NCBI GenBank assembly: GCA_963691875.1
Contig: OY829846.1
Coordinates: 32,001 to 96,000 of the forward strand
DNA length: 64,000 nucleotides
Reading direction: 5' to 3'
From: Aureliella sp.
GTDB taxonomy: Bacteria > Planctomycetota > Planctomycetia > Pirellulales > Pirellulaceae
Of the stretch, positions 22,175-32,930 are shown in pieces (positions within the stretch are counted from its first letter, which is position 1; every line of letters starts with the position of its first letter). The notes beneath the pieces are model-generated. The model was given only the letters and a program-made list of their open reading frames with translations, searched no databases and was not told where the DNA came from. The translations under genes were made by a program, and so were the position numbers.

Positions 22175-25100
22175 TCAACCCGGCCAGTGCTGCTTTCGGT
22201 CCCACCAGAGTTGGAAACGCTGGAGGTCGTTGCTAATCATCTGCAGCGGGCGATTGTGTTTCCGGCCAACCTGGCGGCATAGCACATGGAACAAAGTTGC
22301 TTCGTAGTTTTCCGGCTGCTTAAAGTTCTCGGCGAAGAAACGTTCCAAGCTCGCTAGGCTTCCGGTGTCTTGCGCCTCTAAAGCTAGCGAGATCATTTCA
22401 AGCATTCCCTGGCAACCGGTCTGAACTGATCCTCGATCAATCTGCATCAAGTACCGGGTGACGGATTGGAAGTCGTTCTGTAGGGCTGCGCAGACAACCC
22501 GAAAGGCCATGAAATCGGGATGCTGTGTTTGATGATTGGCTTCAGCGAAGTCGATGATTGCCTGAGCCGAAGTTAGATTAATTCTCAGGGTGAAAGCGGC
22601 CAAGCCAGCAGACAGTGAATCGGAGGTCGGATTGGGGACCTCCGCGAATCGCTTGGCAAGGACCTTCGCCAGGTCATATCTTCCAATCATGAGACTGGTC
22701 CTAATCGCTCCAGCCCAGCACTTGTCGCTGCGAACAAGATCTTCCGTTCGACTCTTGATGATCTTTTCAATGCAGTCGAACAATTGGGCACTTGTCGCCA
22801 GTTCGCTGAAGTCTACGCCGTCTAAGGCACTCCAGCAGAACTTGATCGCTTCGCGCCAGCCACGTGAGAAGTGAATCTTCAGCAGCAGCTCGAAGGTACC
22901 TGTTGGTCCGTATGAATTCATAGCCAGGGCGGCCCAGCAGTTTGCCATTAGTCGCGAGGCGCGACCAAGCTGCAGTTCTTCTTGCGCCAACTTCAGAACG
23001 TATTCCCGTTCTTTTTGGGTGAATCGGCTATCGCATCGTAAGATTGCATCTAAACATTCATCTTCGTCTGGCGGCTCACGCAGGAGCTGCTCGACTCGAT
23101 TCGATCCACGACGAGAAACGGCTATCAAGAGCGAAGTTTCCCAAACTAAAACGTCACTAACTCTGCCGGTTGAGGTTTCGATCAGTTGCTCCGCCGCATC
23201 CCATCGCCCGGCTTCTGATAGAATCAAGAACAGCTGGAAGACACCATATTCATAGCCTGGATTGATCTGAATCGCCGCTCGCAGACATTCCTCTGCTTCC
23301 TCCCAGCACTCTTGCCTCTGAAGTTTGGCGAAGCGGTAGCCCAGAGCGACCTCGCTATCAGGTGCGATGGAATACAGCATGTCTGCCGCTTCTGAGAACA
23401 AGGCTTCTTCTTCCGCCACTTCCGCCATGTCTGCGAGTCGCGACCAGTGCGCTGGCACTTTGCAATCTTTGTAGATGGTATCGTAGAGCCATCGGCAGGC
23501 TTCGGATTGTCTCCCGTGTGCAAAGAGGAGCTCTGCTCCATAGCACTGCAGCTCCATTGCATCCTTTGCTGGTAGACCTTCGGGCTTACATGCCTCAAGT
23601 GCCGCGTCCATTTGATCTGTTCTGGCGAGAGAAGCCGCCAATGTCTGATAGGCCGGCAAGTAAGTCGCATCGAATTTGAGGGCTTGCTCTATCGTTTCCC
23701 GGCAATTGGTTTCTTGTCCCATGGATGCAAAGGCATCGGCTCGCCGTACGTGCGCTGCGACGTCACGTTGATTGCGTTCAAGCAACTCCGCAGTGACTTC
23801 AAGTCGCAGTATGGCGTCTCCACTGCCTTCGATTTCCTCCAGGTATTCCCAAGGAGCATCCCAGCGCGGCGCATTGAAAGCAGCTTTGCTCGCCATGCGA
23901 ACCATCGACTCTTCCGACTCACTCAACTTTGCGAAACTCAGCAACAAGCGAGGATCATTGGGATTGCCAGCTAGTGCACGCTCAAGCACCTCGCGGCTTT
24001 CGTTCAGTTGTTCAACTTGAGTGAGCGCGTAGACCAATCGTTGAGCGACTTCTACCGAATTGGGATCGAGATAAAACGCACGGTGGTACGCTTCGATTGC
24101 TTTTTTAAGCTGTTTGTCCTCGATCAACGCCACACCCAGCTCGGACCAGTACTCGGCCAGCATGCCGAAGCGTTCTTCTTCGGCCCGAATCGCTGCAATA
24201 GCTTCTTTGTGACGTCGATGATCTTGCAGAAACTCAGAAAGAAGATTGAGGATCTGAAGCATGTTGGGCCATCGTTTCCTTAGGAACAGCAGCGATTGTT
24301 CCATCGCCTCCGAATCTAGGATCCAACGGGCTTCATCAAAGAATGTTCGCAGGCCATCGCCGTTGAGCGATTGCGTCGCCAACTCCTTCATTAGAAAACG
24401 CATGACCTCCCTTCTCTCGTCCTCGTTATTGCAAATACTAAGCCATCGACGAATTGCATACGGAGAGTCGACATCTAGTGCCAAGCCTGCTTGATAGTCT
24501 TGTTTTGCCTCTTTCGGATGCCCCAGCGCGACATACACATCCGCGCGAGTCTGGTAGGAGTAGACATTCTGTTCGCAATGCAATGCCTTGGCCGCGTCCT
24601 CCAAAGCTTGTTCAGGTTCGTTCCACTGAAGGAACAGCAAAGCCCGTTCTCTCCAGGCCCAGCCATGCGATGAATCCGCATGCAGGACACGATTAATGAA
24701 CTCGTGCCCACGCTCCAACTCTCCAACTTGGATCAGCCACGATGCCGTCTCAGACAGGACGCCAACGTTGTCTGGATTTCGCTCAGCTAGTTCAGACAGG
24801 TAACGGATGGTAGCCTGCAGACCTACCACCTCAGAAGTCAATCTCGTGATTGGCTGCATGCACAAGCACTCGTCTGCCCCAAGTTTGATGGCTTGATGCC
24901 AAAGGTCTAGAGCCTCCTCGAGGCGCCCTTCCACTTCAGCCAGCTGGGCCAGAGTTCGGTGGTGGCTGATTTCAGGCAGCGGAATCTTGGCGCTGTCAAG
25001 GAGCTTCCGGCCAGATGGAGCGTCTTCGAGAAAGCCAATCTGCATCGCGGCTTCACAAATCAGTTCGCCATCTTCGGGCCGTTTGGCAACTGCTTCTCTA

Positions 25101-27241
25101 AGTACTTTCGCAGCTTCTTCAATTTGCAAGTTTACGCTGAGGGCTCGGGCGTAAAGCAGACCAGGATCCGAGTTCAAATGTCCGAACTCGTGAAATCGTT
25201 CGCGTAGGATTTCAATTACTTCGCTGCTTCGCCCAAAACGCTCCGACGCTTGCAACAGTCGCCCCATGACATTGCCGCTTGCTGGGGAAGCACAGGAGGC
25301 GAGTCGCAAAAGCTCAAATCCGTTTTCGAACTCTCCCGTCTGTTCCAGATGGTATGCCGAACGTAGTAAGGCGCTTTCTTGCGACGGTGCCCAGGTTAGA
25401 ACTTTCCGAAGGAGCTCTTGCATTTCATCCGAGCAATCGTCGCCAAGCAAGCTGATCAGTTGTAGGTGGCTTGCGAGGCCAGCTTCTCGACTGTCAATTC
25501 TGCTCCTCAGCACTTGAATGGAATGATCGGTCTTGCCGAGGCGAATCAGTTCATCAGCCATCCGCATGAACAATGCTTCGGATTTTGGATACTGTTCGCA
25601 GAGGGCCGTTAGGGCAGCAAGACGATTGGCAGCGTTATTTTCGTGGCAGGCTACAAGCCATGCTCCCCAGTATGTCAGCCGGTGCTCTGCATCCCACGAT
25701 TGAAGCTTGCTGAGCATGCGTTTGGCGGAGCTGCTGTTGTGTGCCCGAAGAGCTATCTCCATGCGATACAGCCATTCGTACTGTTCCGCTTCGGGTAAAT
25801 CGATGTTATTGAGCAGATGAGCTTTCTCTTTGGGAACAAGTACCAAAGCACGTGGGCCGCACCACTGATAATTCTCTAATAGCTCGGCAAATTGGCCTTG
25901 AGCGACGAACCAAGAACTCGGGTCTTGAATCAAGACCGTTCCACGTTGGCGATCGTAGCCGCAGATCACTTGAATGTGTGCCGAGTCGGGTTCGATCGTA
26001 GTTAGCGCGAAGGGGATTTCGGCATCGATTAGTAGCTGTGTCGCGTCTTGAGTGCAGCGGAACTCTCTAGCGACAAAACCGTTGGCTTCTGCCCATAAGC
26101 GCTGATCAACTGCAGAGGTGCCTTCGTAGCAGATCTCATTTGCGATTTCGTCATGATTTATTGAAGCTTGCCAGTAGCCTGCGAGCATGGATAGCGTTGC
26201 GGGCGCGCAGGTCATATGATCCTGACGCTGAAACGGAATCTTAAGCTCTCTGCGTTTGGGTTCGTCGGTGAAATCCTCTAGGTGCTTCGCTAATCGGTCA
26301 TAGTACGGACGCCGAACTCGGCGAGCTTCTTTGACGCAGAGTTTGAGCTTGCCGAGATGATAGAGGACTTCGGATCGCTCACTGGCGATGTCCGCGTGAA
26401 AGCTTCCAGGCTTGGGGAGACCTTGTCGAAGGGGATCAGCCAAGGGGAAATATTGCTCGATGCCGCGCAGCAACCGCACGGAATTTTCGTATTGCTCACG
26501 CTGGGTGTATAAAGCAACCAATTGCGTTGCGACTCCTCCGTACTGCGTGATTGGAAGGTGAGATTCGAGTAGCTCTACTGCCTCATCGACTCGGTTTGCT
26601 TGTGTCATGATCGAGGCCAATCCACTAGCGACAACGCTGCATAGGGGCAGGCTCTCGTGTAGGTGCGTGTTTAGCTCGAGTGCTTCGTCCATTTTGTCTT
26701 CCTGGAGTAGCAGCGAGATGCGATGGAGCTGCACGGAAGGGTTTTCCGGCGAAAGTTCGGTCGCATCAGCGAGAAGCGAATGAGCGGAGGAAAAGTCACG
26801 AAAAGCTCCACAAATCCCTGCCTTGAGTTGCAGCCAACCTGCCTGAAGACGTGGGAAGTCCACGTCAAGTTCTCGTTTTCTATACTCGAGCCATACTTCC
26901 GAGAGTGGGCGTGTATCGATTGCACGGGAGAATTGATAGTATCGCGCCTCGGCAGATTCGGGTGACATTCGGGTCACTCGATATGCGAGTACTTTGCCAA
27001 GCTGCCATCCGCCGAGGCGATTGGCAAGGGAGACAGCAAATCGCTGCCCTGTAAGCGTTGGCCAATGACTAACGTTGGAGCCGAAAGCCTGAATACCAAG
27101 ACCGTAACAATCTAGGTAATTGCATTCAGAGAGTAGTTCTTCCATTCGTGCGAAGACTTGGCCTGCACTTCGGTTGGGAATTCGAGCAGAAACATGTGGT
27201 TCTTCAAGCGAAAAGACATTCTTTTCAAGCGTTTGATTCAT
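22175..27241 (-). CDS. Large TPR-repeat protein with an embedded C39-family cysteine peptidase domain
   Basis: RQDHMTCAPATL (Gln/Cys), SAHIQVICGYD (His), QDP (Asp) flanked by many TPR-like helical repeats; alternative TTG start 27280. Confidence 0.85.
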   Translation of the reverse strand: MNQTLEKNVFSLEEPHVSARIPNRSAGQVFARMEELLSECNYLDCYGLGIQAFGSNVSHWPTLTGQRFAVSLANRLGGWQLGKVLAYRVTRMSPESAEARYYQFSRAIDTRPLSEVWLEYRKRELDVDFPRLQAGWLQLKAGICGAFRDFSSAHSLLADATELSPENPSVQLHRISLLLQEDKMDEALELNTHLHESLPLCSVVASGLASIMTQANRVDEAVELLESHLPITQYGGVATQLVALYTQREQYENSVRLLRGIEQYFPLADPLRQGLPKPGSFHADIASERSEVLYHLGKLKLCVKEARRVRRPYYDRLAKHLEDFTDEPKRRELKIPFQRQDHMTCAPATLSMLAGYWQASINHDEIANEICYEGTSAVDQRLWAEANGFVAREFRCTQDATQLLIDAEIPFALTTIEPDSAHIQVICGYDRQRGTVLIQDPSSWFVAQGQFAELLENYQWCGPRALVLVPKEKAHLLNNIDLPEAEQYEWLYRMEIALRAHNSSSAKRMLSKLQSWDAEHRLTYWGAWLVACHENNAANRLAALTALCEQYPKSEALFMRMADELIRLGKTDHSIQVLRSRIDSREAGLASHLQLISLLGDDCSDEMQELLRKVLTWAPSQESALLRSAYHLEQTGEFENGFELLRLASCASPASGNVMGRLLQASERFGRSSEVIEILRERFHEFGHLNSDPGLLYARALSVNLQIEEAAKVLREAVAKRPEDGELICEAAMQIGFLEDAPSGRKLLDSAKIPLPEISHHRTLAQLAEVEGRLEEALDLWHQAIKLGADECLCMQPITRLTSEVVGLQATIRYLSELAERNPDNVGVLSETASWLIQVGELERGHEFINRVLHADSSHGWAWRERALLFLQWNEPEQALEDAAKALHCEQNVYSYQTRADVYVALGHPKEAKQDYQAGLALDVDSPYAIRRWLSICNNEDERREVMRFLMKELATQSLNGDGLRTFFDEARWILDSEAMEQSLLFLRKRWPNMLQILNLLSEFLQDHRRHKEAIAAIRAEEERFGMLAEYWSELGVALIEDKQLKKAIEAYHRAFYLDPNSVEVAQRLVYALTQVEQLNESREVLERALAGNPNDPRLLLSFAKLSESEESMVRMASKAAFNAPRWDAPWEYLEEIEGSGDAILRLEVTAELLERNQRDVAAHVRRADAFASMGQETNCRETIEQALKFDATYLPAYQTLAASLARTDQMDAALEACKPEGLPAKDAMELQCYGAELLFAHGRQSEACRWLYDTIYKDCKVPAHWSRLADMAEVAEEEALFSEAADMLYSIAPDSEVALGYRFAKLQRQECWEEAEECLRAAIQINPGYEYGVFQLFLILSEAGRWDAAEQLIETSTGRVSDVLVWETSLLIAVSRRGSNRVEQLLREPPDEDECLDAILRCDSRFTQKEREYVLKLAQEELQLGRASRLMANCWAALAMNSYGPTGTFELLLKIHFSRGWREAIKFCWSALDGVDFSELATSAQLFDCIEKIIKSRTEDLVRSDKCWAGAIRTSLMIGRYDLAKVLAKRFAEVPNPTSDSLSAGLAAFTLRINLTSAQAIIDFAEANHQTQHPDFMAFRVVCAALQNDFQSVTRYLMQIDRGSVQTGCQGMLEMISLALEAQDTGSLASLERFFAENFKQPENYEATLFHVLCRQVGRKHNRPLQMISNDLQRFQLWWDRKQHWPG

Positions 27242-27739
27242 GGCTTCGGCAATTGGCGATCCGGGGGCAGAAAAGTGCAATTGAGTTTCAGCAAGCTGGA
27301 TTCGGAACGGCTCGTCGGTCGAACTCGTTTGGGGAATTCAGCCAACTAGCTAGTCAAGTGGCCAGTCGGGTGAGCGGGCATTTTTCTTAGAAGGACTGGC
27401 TTAGATGTATAGGTCACCCGCAGAATCCGAATGCGGGTATCACACTCATTTGCTCAGTATGAGCACTTTGACTCACCAAAGTCTCCGAATAACCGATTCA
27501 GCTGGCCGTTATCGGGCGGCTTCCTACCATCGCAGTCACTGGCCAAAGAAAGTTTCAACTTGTGAGGATCCCCGAATTGGTCGCGTCCTTGCTAATCCTG
27601 TGGATTGGTCGGCAATCTGTAGGTGTCGTTATATTGTTTGTTTAGGAGAGTTAGTTCGACAATGCCGCCCCTCGTTCATAGTACGTGGTCGATCCTATTT
27701 TCCGATTCTCATCGCCGAACTCGACTCAAAGGAACTTCT

Positions 27740-28356
27740 TGTGTTCTGACGTCACTTCCTCTACTTGGCACTGTTGGCTTATTTCATGCATCAGACAACG
27801 CGAGCAAGAAACTTCATGATGGAACCAAGGCCCTGCAGTAGAAGCGGATCTTGCGGAGCAGGATTCTCCGGCGCGTACTCCTATGTTGGAATGTACTTAA
27901 AAGCCGGCGCGATCGTGCCCGTTCAACATGTGGTTGCGTCGCCCGTCGTTCTGAACACGGCAATGGTAGCTCCAACGCAGGTAGTTGTCACACTACCCAC
28001 CTGAGCCGCTAGTTAACCAAGCTGTTGCTTCTTCTTGTGCAGGAAGCGGATGCGCGACGACCGCAAATTACGGTGGAAGCTATGTCAGCAGCGGGGGCAG
28101 TACTCCTGTCATTCCTTCGGCAGATACCGTTTATTCAAACGCTCCTTATGTTGGGAGCGGCAATGCTACCGGTGCAGGGTATCGTGTTTTTATAGCGACT
28201 GGCAGTGTCTTCAGCTCAGGACGCGTGCCAGGATATCCTGTTCAAAATTGCCCAATGCGTCGCATTTTGGTGCCCTTGCTTCTAGTGCAGGTGTGGCCCC
28301 GCAGTTATGCGGGATGGCCGGGCTCAAAAAGAATGGAATCGCTGAGGAAGGCCTAA
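27740..28356 (+). pseudogene. Probable decayed secreted low-complexity (Gly/Ser/Cys/Pro/Val-rich) protein gene
   Basis: AAAGGA RBS then GTG-TTC-TGA; signal-like RHFLYLALLAYF; low-complexity fragments continue across two frames. Confidence 0.35.
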
Positions 28357-28433
28357 CTTGATAGTGCATCGCGCTTGCATGAGTTCAAACGCAATTAGGA
28401 GCGATCCTCGATTGGGTTTTCGCTTGCATTGAG

Positions 28434-29477
28434 CTAAGGTAGAAAATCGATATGATCGGCGATAAGTCCTGCTTCCCGCATACGTGACCAGATTTCGACT
28501 GGAACCGCTGTCTGCAATGCGTTGATATGGCTTTCCACTCGATCCGCCCGGCTAGAACTTAGGGCGACCGCCGTTACGGCGGGATGAGCTTTGCCAAACC
28601 CGACGCCAACATCAAAAGCCGAGACCTCGAATTCCATGCAAAGCTGATGGAATCTGCCCCGCCAGTTGAGACGCCGAAGATCCTCTCCGCTGGTGAAATC
28701 AATCTTTCGATAGTCAAACAATTCTCCGCCGAGTAGAAAGCCGCCTTGGAAAAGAGCTGAATTGATAATGGCCACATTCTTAGCCGCAAGATGCCGCATG
28801 AAATCATCAAGCTCCTTGGGGTGACTCATGATCGTAAAGCTATTGGCGAGCATTACCCAATCAAAGGAGCAGGAGTGATCCAAGGCTTCGATGGCTCTCC
28901 AATTCTTTGCTCCCACTCCTACTGCAGCTACCCTGCCCTGCTCCTTGAGTTCCGAGAGTGCTTGGTAAGCTGCGACAAGGTCATCAAGGCGTTGCTTACG
29001 ATCGCGATCGTTTTGTGCAGCATCAAGATACTCATCTGGATCATGGACGGAAACGACTTGTGCCTCGCGTCCAAGTAGCTCGTTGCCTTCCTGCCAGCAG
29101 CGTAGAATGCCGTCGTAGCTGATGTCTTGTACCGCATCGTGCTCGAGGCCAAACCAGGCTCCGGGTTCAAATGTGGGCTCTGGGCCCTCAAGTGGTATCC
29201 TTCGCCACCCGAGCTTGTTGCTGATGATCGCCTGATCGGCCGGTATTCGTAATCGGTCGAGTTCTCGCCCGATCACTTCTAGCGAAAGTCCGGCGCCATA
29301 TTTTCCAGCCGAGTCCACAACGAATGGTGCAAGTCCGGAGTTTGCCCAGGCGTCGACGATTGCAGCCTTCTCTTTTTCTTCAACTTCACGAAAAAGATTT
29401 CCAAGGCTGGTTGCACCGAAGAATAGCGGTGGTACCTGTAGCCCAGTGTTTCCGAACGCGACGTTTCTAAGAGGCAT
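28434..29477 (-). CDS. Aldo/keto reductase, D-threo-aldose (L-fucose) 1-dehydrogenase-like
   Basis: FGATSLGNL, DSAGKYGAGLS, SYDGI, HDPDEY motifs; adjacent lactonase. Confidence 0.82.
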   Translation of the reverse strand: MPLRNVAFGNTGLQVPPLFFGATSLGNLFREVEEKEKAAIVDAWANSGLAPFVVDSAGKYGAGLSLEVIGRELDRLRIPADQAIISNKLGWRRIPLEGPEPTFEPGAWFGLEHDAVQDISYDGILRCWQEGNELLGREAQVVSVHDPDEYLDAAQNDRDRKQRLDDLVAAYQALSELKEQGRVAAVGVGAKNWRAIEALDHSCSFDWVMLANSFTIMSHPKELDDFMRHLAAKNVAIINSALFQGGFLLGGELFDYRKIDFTSGEDLRRLNWRGRFHQLCMEFEVSAFDVGVGFGKAHPAVTAVALSSSRADRVESHINALQTAVPVEIWSRMREAGLIADHIDFLP

Positions 29478-29582
29478 GATTGTTCTTGGTGAATTTGTGT
29501 ACCGTTTGGTCGAAGGAACTCTGGTTGCCCTCGTCGTAACAGCGCTTCGCTCGTTAGCGGACTATGGAGAAGCGAGACCCGC

Positions 29583-30419
29583 TCAAAGTTCGATTCGATA
29601 GGCAGCGGCCGCGTTGTTACCCCAGAAATCTTCCTGTTCGGAGCTAGTCAGCGTGTTGCTGAGGTCCTTCACCGCACCTATCCAGCGTCCGTAGTCGCTC
29701 TTCAGCAAGCAGACCGGCCAGTCGCTACCGTACATCAATCGCTTGCTACCAAAGGCCTCTAAGGCAACATCCCAGTAGGGCCTGATCGTCTCGATGCTCC
29801 AGTCTGCACCACGCACCTCGGTGACGACTCCGGAGAACTTGCAGGTGACATTCTCGCGACGAGCCAGTTCCTGCAGGCCGGCTTTCCATGACTCGTCAAA
29901 TTCGCTCGCAACAATTGTCGGCTTGGCGATATGATCGAGAACGAAGGCTTGATTCGGATGTTGATCGACGAAAGTAATCGTGTTCGTCAGGTGTTTGCCG
30001 AAAATCAAAATGTCATAGACGAGGCTGTATTTTTGCAGCATACTGACACCTCGATTGAAGTCAGTACCTAAAATAAAAGCATCATCAGGCTCATCCTGTA
30101 CCACGTGTCGAAGCGATTTTAGCTTGGCGTGCTGAGACCACTTTTCAATTTCAGGCTCCACGCTGGGATCTGCCAGGGGAAGCCAACCTACCACGGCAGG
30201 AATCATTACATTGTCGTTGGCGATTTCCAGCAGCCATCGTGTTTCTTCGACCGATTGCCGTGCCTGAACGGAAATCACCGCGTCGATGCCTGCTGGTTCG
30301 ATCTCCTGTAGAAGATCTCGTGGCCCAAAGTCGCGCCCCAACACCTCCATGCTTTCACCGATCCAGCCATATTCCTCGGCGGAGTAATTCCAAAAGTGGT
30401 GATGGCTGTCGATCCTCAT
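29583..30419 (-). CDS. Amidohydrolase, L-fuconolactonase-like
   Basis: IDSHHHFW, VQARQ, RHVVQDEPD, LDHIAKP, CKFSG, YGSDWPVC. Confidence 0.88.
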   Translation of the reverse strand: MRIDSHHHFWNYSAEEYGWIGESMEVLGRDFGPRDLLQEIEPAGIDAVISVQARQSVEETRWLLEIANDNVMIPAVVGWLPLADPSVEPEIEKWSQHAKLKSLRHVVQDEPDDAFILGTDFNRGVSMLQKYSLVYDILIFGKHLTNTITFVDQHPNQAFVLDHIAKPTIVASEFDESWKAGLQELARRENVTCKFSGVVTEVRGADWSIETIRPYWDVALEAFGSKRLMYGSDWPVCLLKSDYGRWIGAVKDLSNTLTSSEQEDFWGNNAAAAYRIEL

Positions 30420-30589
30420 GATTTTCACTCCAAGTTGACAAGCGATTTGTTGTTGCGCGGCAGGTATTCTACGCGCTGCGTGGACGGGCATGAAGTACCG
30501 GTCGCAATCGAGATCTGGGCCGCCCTAGCTTTTTGCTCGTGTTCATACTGACGACTCCCTTTGTACGTGCTTAAGGGCATGTGTTAATT

Positions 30590-31958
30590 CGATGGAGCGA
30601 ATTCGCATACCTACCGTCCAAGCAAGTGGCTCATCATGTCGATCCGTTTCTTATTTGTCGCCGTCGCTTAAGTTGTTTTGGCGATTGCAGGCTGAATTTG
30701 CAGCTGCAATTTGAGGTGTCGGCTCCGGCGCTAAAAGGTGTTCTTTAGGGGCTGCGGGTTTGGCTAGCTTTTGTTGGTGAACCCATGGCACAACTGTTTG
30801 GGGTCGGCTTCACTGTGTTTTCTTTTAGCTGGTTGACTTTGCACCGCACTTATCCCATCAGGAGATTAATCGCTCCAGGGGTGTTGTACGAGTATTTGGC
30901 TAGTTCCGAAGAGATCTACTACGAGTTCGGTTTGACGGAAGACCGCTAATACGAGCAGATGGGCAGAACTGACAAGGAAGACGTTGGGAAGACGTTGCGC
31001 TCGATAGCTACTGTGACGTGACTTACAGTCCAAGAAAATACGCGGAACTTAGAAGCATCCATCGGAAACGCATCCGATATATAGCTAACTGCATCGCCTC
31101 GCCGGCTTTGGCTTGACCGATGGATTGCCTGACATCGCCATTTCACGTAGGAGACGACATGCGTTGGATGTGGTTGCAGATTGCCGAATGCGTGTCCGGT
31201 ACCTTTGCAAAACCTTCAAACTCGAACCTTCAACAAACGTTGGGTGACCTTCTCGTGTGTCAAACGGCATTTGTCTCAACATTGCTGCTAAAAACCTTGA
31301 ATGTGGAGTCGTACAGTACTGCCACCGCGAGTTTTGGCGGCAACATTGAGTCGCAGACTTGGGATAAACCATGAGCACCGGACTGCAGAAGCACTGCGAG
31401 TACCTCAAACGCAAGCGAGACGTTGGGCATCTTCTTCTCTTTTTGTGCTTTGGACTCCTTTAGATTACGACGGGCTTACTGAATTTACGTGGGCTGCAGA
31501 AAGAAAGCGGGTTGCATTTCTTGGGTCGATGACAGCTGAGGAGCGAGACGATGCACGAAGAGTTTGCCCTGACCGTTTGCTGCTAATCACCAGTGGTAGT
31601 GGTTTGACTATGCATGGGGGGAGTAGCTTCAACAGTTTTATTGCTGTCATCATGCAGATCCGAGCCTCGCCTTGACACCCGTGCGGAAACGACGATTGAG
31701 AGGGAAGCGGTTGTGCATATATTCTTTCGCGACGAGATGGTAGTGAAGGATTCCGGGCTAACGACGCCAGCTCATCATAAACAACTCCTACTCATTGACT
31801 TGCCGCATAAGCGACCGGCCGCGGTAGTGGTTTCAGAGTTCGAAATAATGGACTGGAAACGATGGACTGCGGTACGCGACAGCGACATGGTGTCTGCCGT
31901 TCATAGTGGTCATCCCCACGATGGCGACAATCCTCTTACAGCAGTGCTTGAAGGCTAG
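30590..31958 (+). pseudogene. Decayed planctomycete-type membrane/lipoprotein gene remnants
   Basis: SIRFLFVAVA*VVLAIAG* anchor-like fragment near 30635; GAGGAG RBS + ATG 31551 followed by two stops, then an LSSC lipobox-like ORF ending at 31958. Confidence 0.3.
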
Positions 31959-32048
31959 GTGAACACTTTAGACGTAGCCGTGCAAGCGTTCTGTTGAGTA
32001 TCTGGGTGTCGTATTCATTCGACTCTAAAGCGAAGGGTAGAAGAGTGA

Positions 32049-32118
32049 AACCACAAAGGACGCGGAGAGCAAGAAGGAAGAGCAGTTTTATGCTTCAAGC
32101 TTCGTGTCCTTTGTGGTT
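32049..32118. repeat. Purine-rich/pyrimidine-rich inverted repeat
   Basis: AACCACAAAGGACGCGGAG (32049-32067) versus CTTCGTGTCCTTTGTGGTT (32100-32118): 17/19 complementary. Confidence 0.7.
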
Positions 32119-32304
32119 CATGTGGCTTTCATGGGAAAGATCAAGCTCGGAGCTCCCATTTGTCGTTCATAAGCCCTTTAGGCTACGAGAGTACAGGGGA
32201 CGCTGCATCCGAGTCGAATCACGTAGATCAACTTGGCGGGCTGCGTTTTCATATGTACTCTAACCTGCCGAGTAGCTCTGAATTGCCTTGAAATTTGAAT
32301 CCAA

Positions 32305-32670
32305 ATGACGACGACCAAAGAACACGACGAACGCATTCGCACCATGACCTTTGCTTCTGTTTACCCACACTACGTGGCCAAAGTCGAAAAGAAAGGCAGA
32401 ACGGTCAAAGAACTTCACGAAGTCATGACTTGGCTTGCCGGCTACGACGCCAAGGAAATCAAACGCTTGGCCAAGAGCGAAACAACCTTTGAGGAATTTT
32501 TCGACAAAGCAACATTGAACCCGAACGCCAGTCTCATCACGGGTTCGATCTGTGGTTACCGCATCGAAGAGATCACCACTCCACTAACGAAACAGTGTCG
32601 CTACCTGGACAAATTGATCGACGAACTCGCCAAAGGCCGCAAGATGGAAAAAATCCTGCGCTCCGAATAG
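32305..32670 (+). CDS. DUF2200 domain protein
   Basis: MTFASVYPHYVAKVEKKGRT, ITGSICGYRIEEI, RYLDKLIDELAKG. Confidence 0.92.
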   Translation: MTTTKEHDERIRTMTFASVYPHYVAKVEKKGRTVKELHEVMTWLAGYDAKEIKRLAKSETTFEEFFDKATLNPNASLITGSICGYRIEEITTPLTKQCRYLDKLIDELAKGRKMEKILRSE

Positions 32671-32930
32671 CCAGCAATGAGGTATGGATGGCTATTTCCT
32701 GATTGGGCGATAATTGAGACCGATTGTTGAGACCGATTGCGTAGCTGCATTTCAGTCGCATTGGATCGGGGCCCGAGGCTTCATGCTCCTTTTCGGTTTT
32801 TAGGCTGGCTGCAGGTCGATTCTTGGTCGTCACGCCCGCGAACGGAAAAACCAGGAGATTTGGCCGACGCCTTACGGCGATACGGCTCACCTATTTCGAA
32901 GCGGCGCGGCATTTACCTACAGAGTTTATC

